The translations under genes were made by a program, and so were the position numbers. DNA of 32,000 nucleotides, from NCBI GenBank assembly GCA_001430755.1, contig CP013062.1:570001-602000 (forward strand), read 5' to 3'. Within the stretch, counting starts at the first letter, position 1, and every line of letters begins with the position of its first letter. The notes under the pieces were generated by a model that did not search any database, was not told the origin of the DNA, and was given only the letters and a program-made list of their open reading frames with translations. The DNA is from Candidatus Peribacter riflensis. Its GTDB lineage: Bacteria; Patescibacteriota; Gracilibacteria; Peribacterales; Peribacteraceae. Shown here in pieces: positions 30,472 through 32,000 of the stretch.

Positions 30472-32000
30472 ATGCTTTCAAAGAGAAAAATCCTCTTCGC
30501 GACGCTCTCTCTCCTGCTCCTCTGCTGGATCACGAGGACTGAAGGTGTGGGCGCTCTCGCCCTCATGCAACCGGCCCTGGCTGCCGGAGATGATCTCGAT
30601 CCCTTCTTCAAGATCATCAACCAGCTCTTCAGCTGGCTTGCCATGTTCTCGCACTTCCTCATCTACATTCTCACGGCAATCGCCGGAATGTTGATGGATC
30701 CTGGTTTCATGAACCTGAGAACCGACGGGCAGTCGATGGGAATGACTCTGCTCAAGATCTGGCAGATCTCGCGCAATATCACCAATATCCTCCTCGCGTT
30801 CCTGCTCATCATCGGAGCCATTATGACCGTGGTGTTCGCAGAGGGCGGCTACGTGCAGAAGTACGCCGTGAAGTTCGTGCTGGCCGTCTTACTCGTCAAT
30901 TTCTCGTGGTTCTTCCCACGGGTGGTCTTGGACCTCGCGAACATCCTCACGGCAACGGTCTACTCGCTCCCCAGTGCCATCAACGTGCCGTGCGTAGCCT
31001 ACGACGCAAAGGGCAATGTCGATCCGGCCGGGTGCAAAATCATCACGGATTTCGCCTTCTTCGGCAATCAACCGGCAGGTGCAGACTGGAAATGCCCCCT
31101 TGATTTCAACGCGGATACGAAAATCGTCTGCATCAAGGAATCCCCACTCGATCCGCAGGCCAATACCCCCAATGCCATCTTCGGCAGCCTTGTCTACAAC
31201 CACGCCCGTTTTCAATTCTTCCCCAAAGTCGTGCCCCCGGCCGGCAACAATCCGGCGGCAGGACCTGCGGCACTGTCCCGCCTGCCGCAACTGCTGATGT
31301 TCACCCTGCTCATGTCCATCATGCTCTTCTTCAGTCTTGCCCTGCTCTTCCCGCTCCTCGCTCTCACACTCGTCCTCCTCATCCGCATTCCCATCATCTG
31401 GATCACCGTGGCCTTCATGCCCTTCATGTTCATCGGATTCGTAGCGGGAGACACCCCCGCACTGAAGGTCTTCAACCCCATGGAAATCTGGAACAAGTTC
31501 CTGCACGCGGCGTTCATTCCCGTCGTCGTCGCCATCCCCTTCTCGATCGGCTTCATCATGCTCAATGTGGCCATGGCCAACCCGCCAGCCGGCTGGGCTG
31601 CCAACCATCCGTTCATGCGGAACGGAGTGGTGCCCATGCTGCCCGGCGTCATCAACCTCTGGCAGCTTCTGTGGGTCGGCATGTCGATCGCCGTCATATG
31701 GATGGGCGCAAAAGCCGCCTTCAAGATGGATGCCCTGTTTGAGAAATTCGCTGCACCCATCATGAATGCCGGCGCATCCTTCGGACGGTTGATGATGAAG
31801 CTGCCGCTCCTGACCCCCCTGCCACTGCCGGGAGGTTCCATCACGCCGCTGGGCGCCATGCGCGTCGCGCAGAATGCCGAACATGCATTCATCGACCCCG
31901 TCGGAAAATTCCGCATGCCGGAGGTCTTCGGCGGCGCGGCAGGAGCTGCCGCAGTCGCAGGCACGAAACTCGCCGATCACATCAACATCAACGTGCCGAT
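30472..32000 (+). CDS. polytopic integral membrane protein (C-terminal end runs off the window end)
   Basis: Absent from the ORF track because it has no stop in the window. Manual translation from ATG 30472 stays open to 32000, about 509 codons (MLSKRKILFATLSLLLLCWITRTEG...). Multiple hydrophobic helices are present (FSWLAMFSHFLIYILTAIAGML, ITNILLAFLLIIGAIMTVVF, FVLAVLLVNFSWFF, LLMFTLLMSIMLFFSLALLFPLLALTLVLLI, IIWITVAFMPFMFIGF, AAFIPVVVAIPFSIGFIMLNVA, LWQLLWVGMSIAVIWMG). One loop carries four Cys (VPCVAYDAKGNVDPAGCKII...WKCPLDFNADTKIVCIKE). The minus-strand ORFs 30889..31980 and 31212..31964 are its antisense shadows. Confidence 0.8.
   Translation, partial: MLSKRKILFATLSLLLLCWITRTEGVGALALMQPALAAGDDLDPFFKIINQLFSWLAMFSHFLIYILTAIAGMLMDPGFMNLRTDGQSMGMTLLKIWQISRNITNILLAFLLIIGAIMTVVFAEGGYVQKYAVKFVLAVLLVNFSWFFPRVVLDLANILTATVYSLPSAINVPCVAYDAKGNVDPAGCKIITDFAFFGNQPAGADWKCPLDFNADTKIVCIKESPLDPQANTPNAIFGSLVYNHARFQFFPKVVPPAGNNPAAGPAALSRLPQLLMFTLLMSIMLFFSLALLFPLLALTLVLLIRIPIIWITVAFMPFMFIGFVAGDTPALKVFNPMEIWNKFLHAAFIPVVVAIPFSIGFIMLNVAMANPPAGWAANHPFMRNGVVPMLPGVINLWQLLWVGMSIAVIWMGAKAAFKMDALFEKFAAPIMNAGASFGRLMMKLPLLTPLPLPGGSITPLGAMRVAQNAEHAFIDPVGKFRMPEVFGGAAGAAAVAGTKLADHININVP

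Noticed and set aside
30889-31980. 363-aa and 250-aa minus-strand ORFs
   Set aside because: They are antisense to an open-ended + strand frame that encodes regular TM helices. Their own products are Asp/Gly/His/Arg-rich with no hydrophobic core.

Overview
GC-rich (about 60% by eye, not computed) bacterial chromosomal segment. I see no rRNA, CRISPR array, transposase or integrase. I support 21 protein-coding genes, one initiator tRNA and several small structured or repeat elements. Two of the genes are open-ended at the window edges, so they are missing from the supplied ORF track. Housekeeping genes: purL, murC, an FtsB/DivIC-type division protein, tRNA-fMet(CAT), rpmA, a 2H phosphoesterase, lepA and rplS. 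Between them is a large envelope and surface gene set. (a) A minus-strand operon at 1..3610 encodes a PKD-repeat membrane protein and two secreted or anchored unknowns. (b) A 2229-aa secreted protein at 3667..10356 contains 32 Cys-Cys doublets, and about 20 of them open very regular six-cysteine modules. (c) Two adjacent paralogous PEGA-type surface proteins share an N-terminal module; one ends in an MPETG sortase-like signal and the other in three SLH domains. (d) A CsaB-like pyruvyltransferase is translationally coupled to an orphan three-gene module of 132, 204 and 1575 aa with no motif I recognise. (e) A polytopic membrane protein runs off the right edge. The main candidates for new biology are the six-cysteine module array and the csaB-linked orphan module. 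Smaller signals are listed below.
- Five operon-leading genes have a -10-like hexamer 6-9 nt from the start codon and no Shine-Dalgarno sequence.
- Two convergent arrays of four TGATAYTC octamers lie between lepA and the 2H phosphoesterase.
- The 2H phosphoesterase has its conserved N-terminal half upstream of any ATG, GTG or TTG.
- A G-quadruplex-type tract lies upstream of rplS.
- A perfect 14-bp palindrome abuts the wHTH regulator start.
- Nested inverted repeats lie in the tRNA trailer.
Most long ORFs in the track that run opposite to or out of frame with these genes are GC-rich shadow ORFs. All family calls rest on motifs read by eye; no database search was possible.
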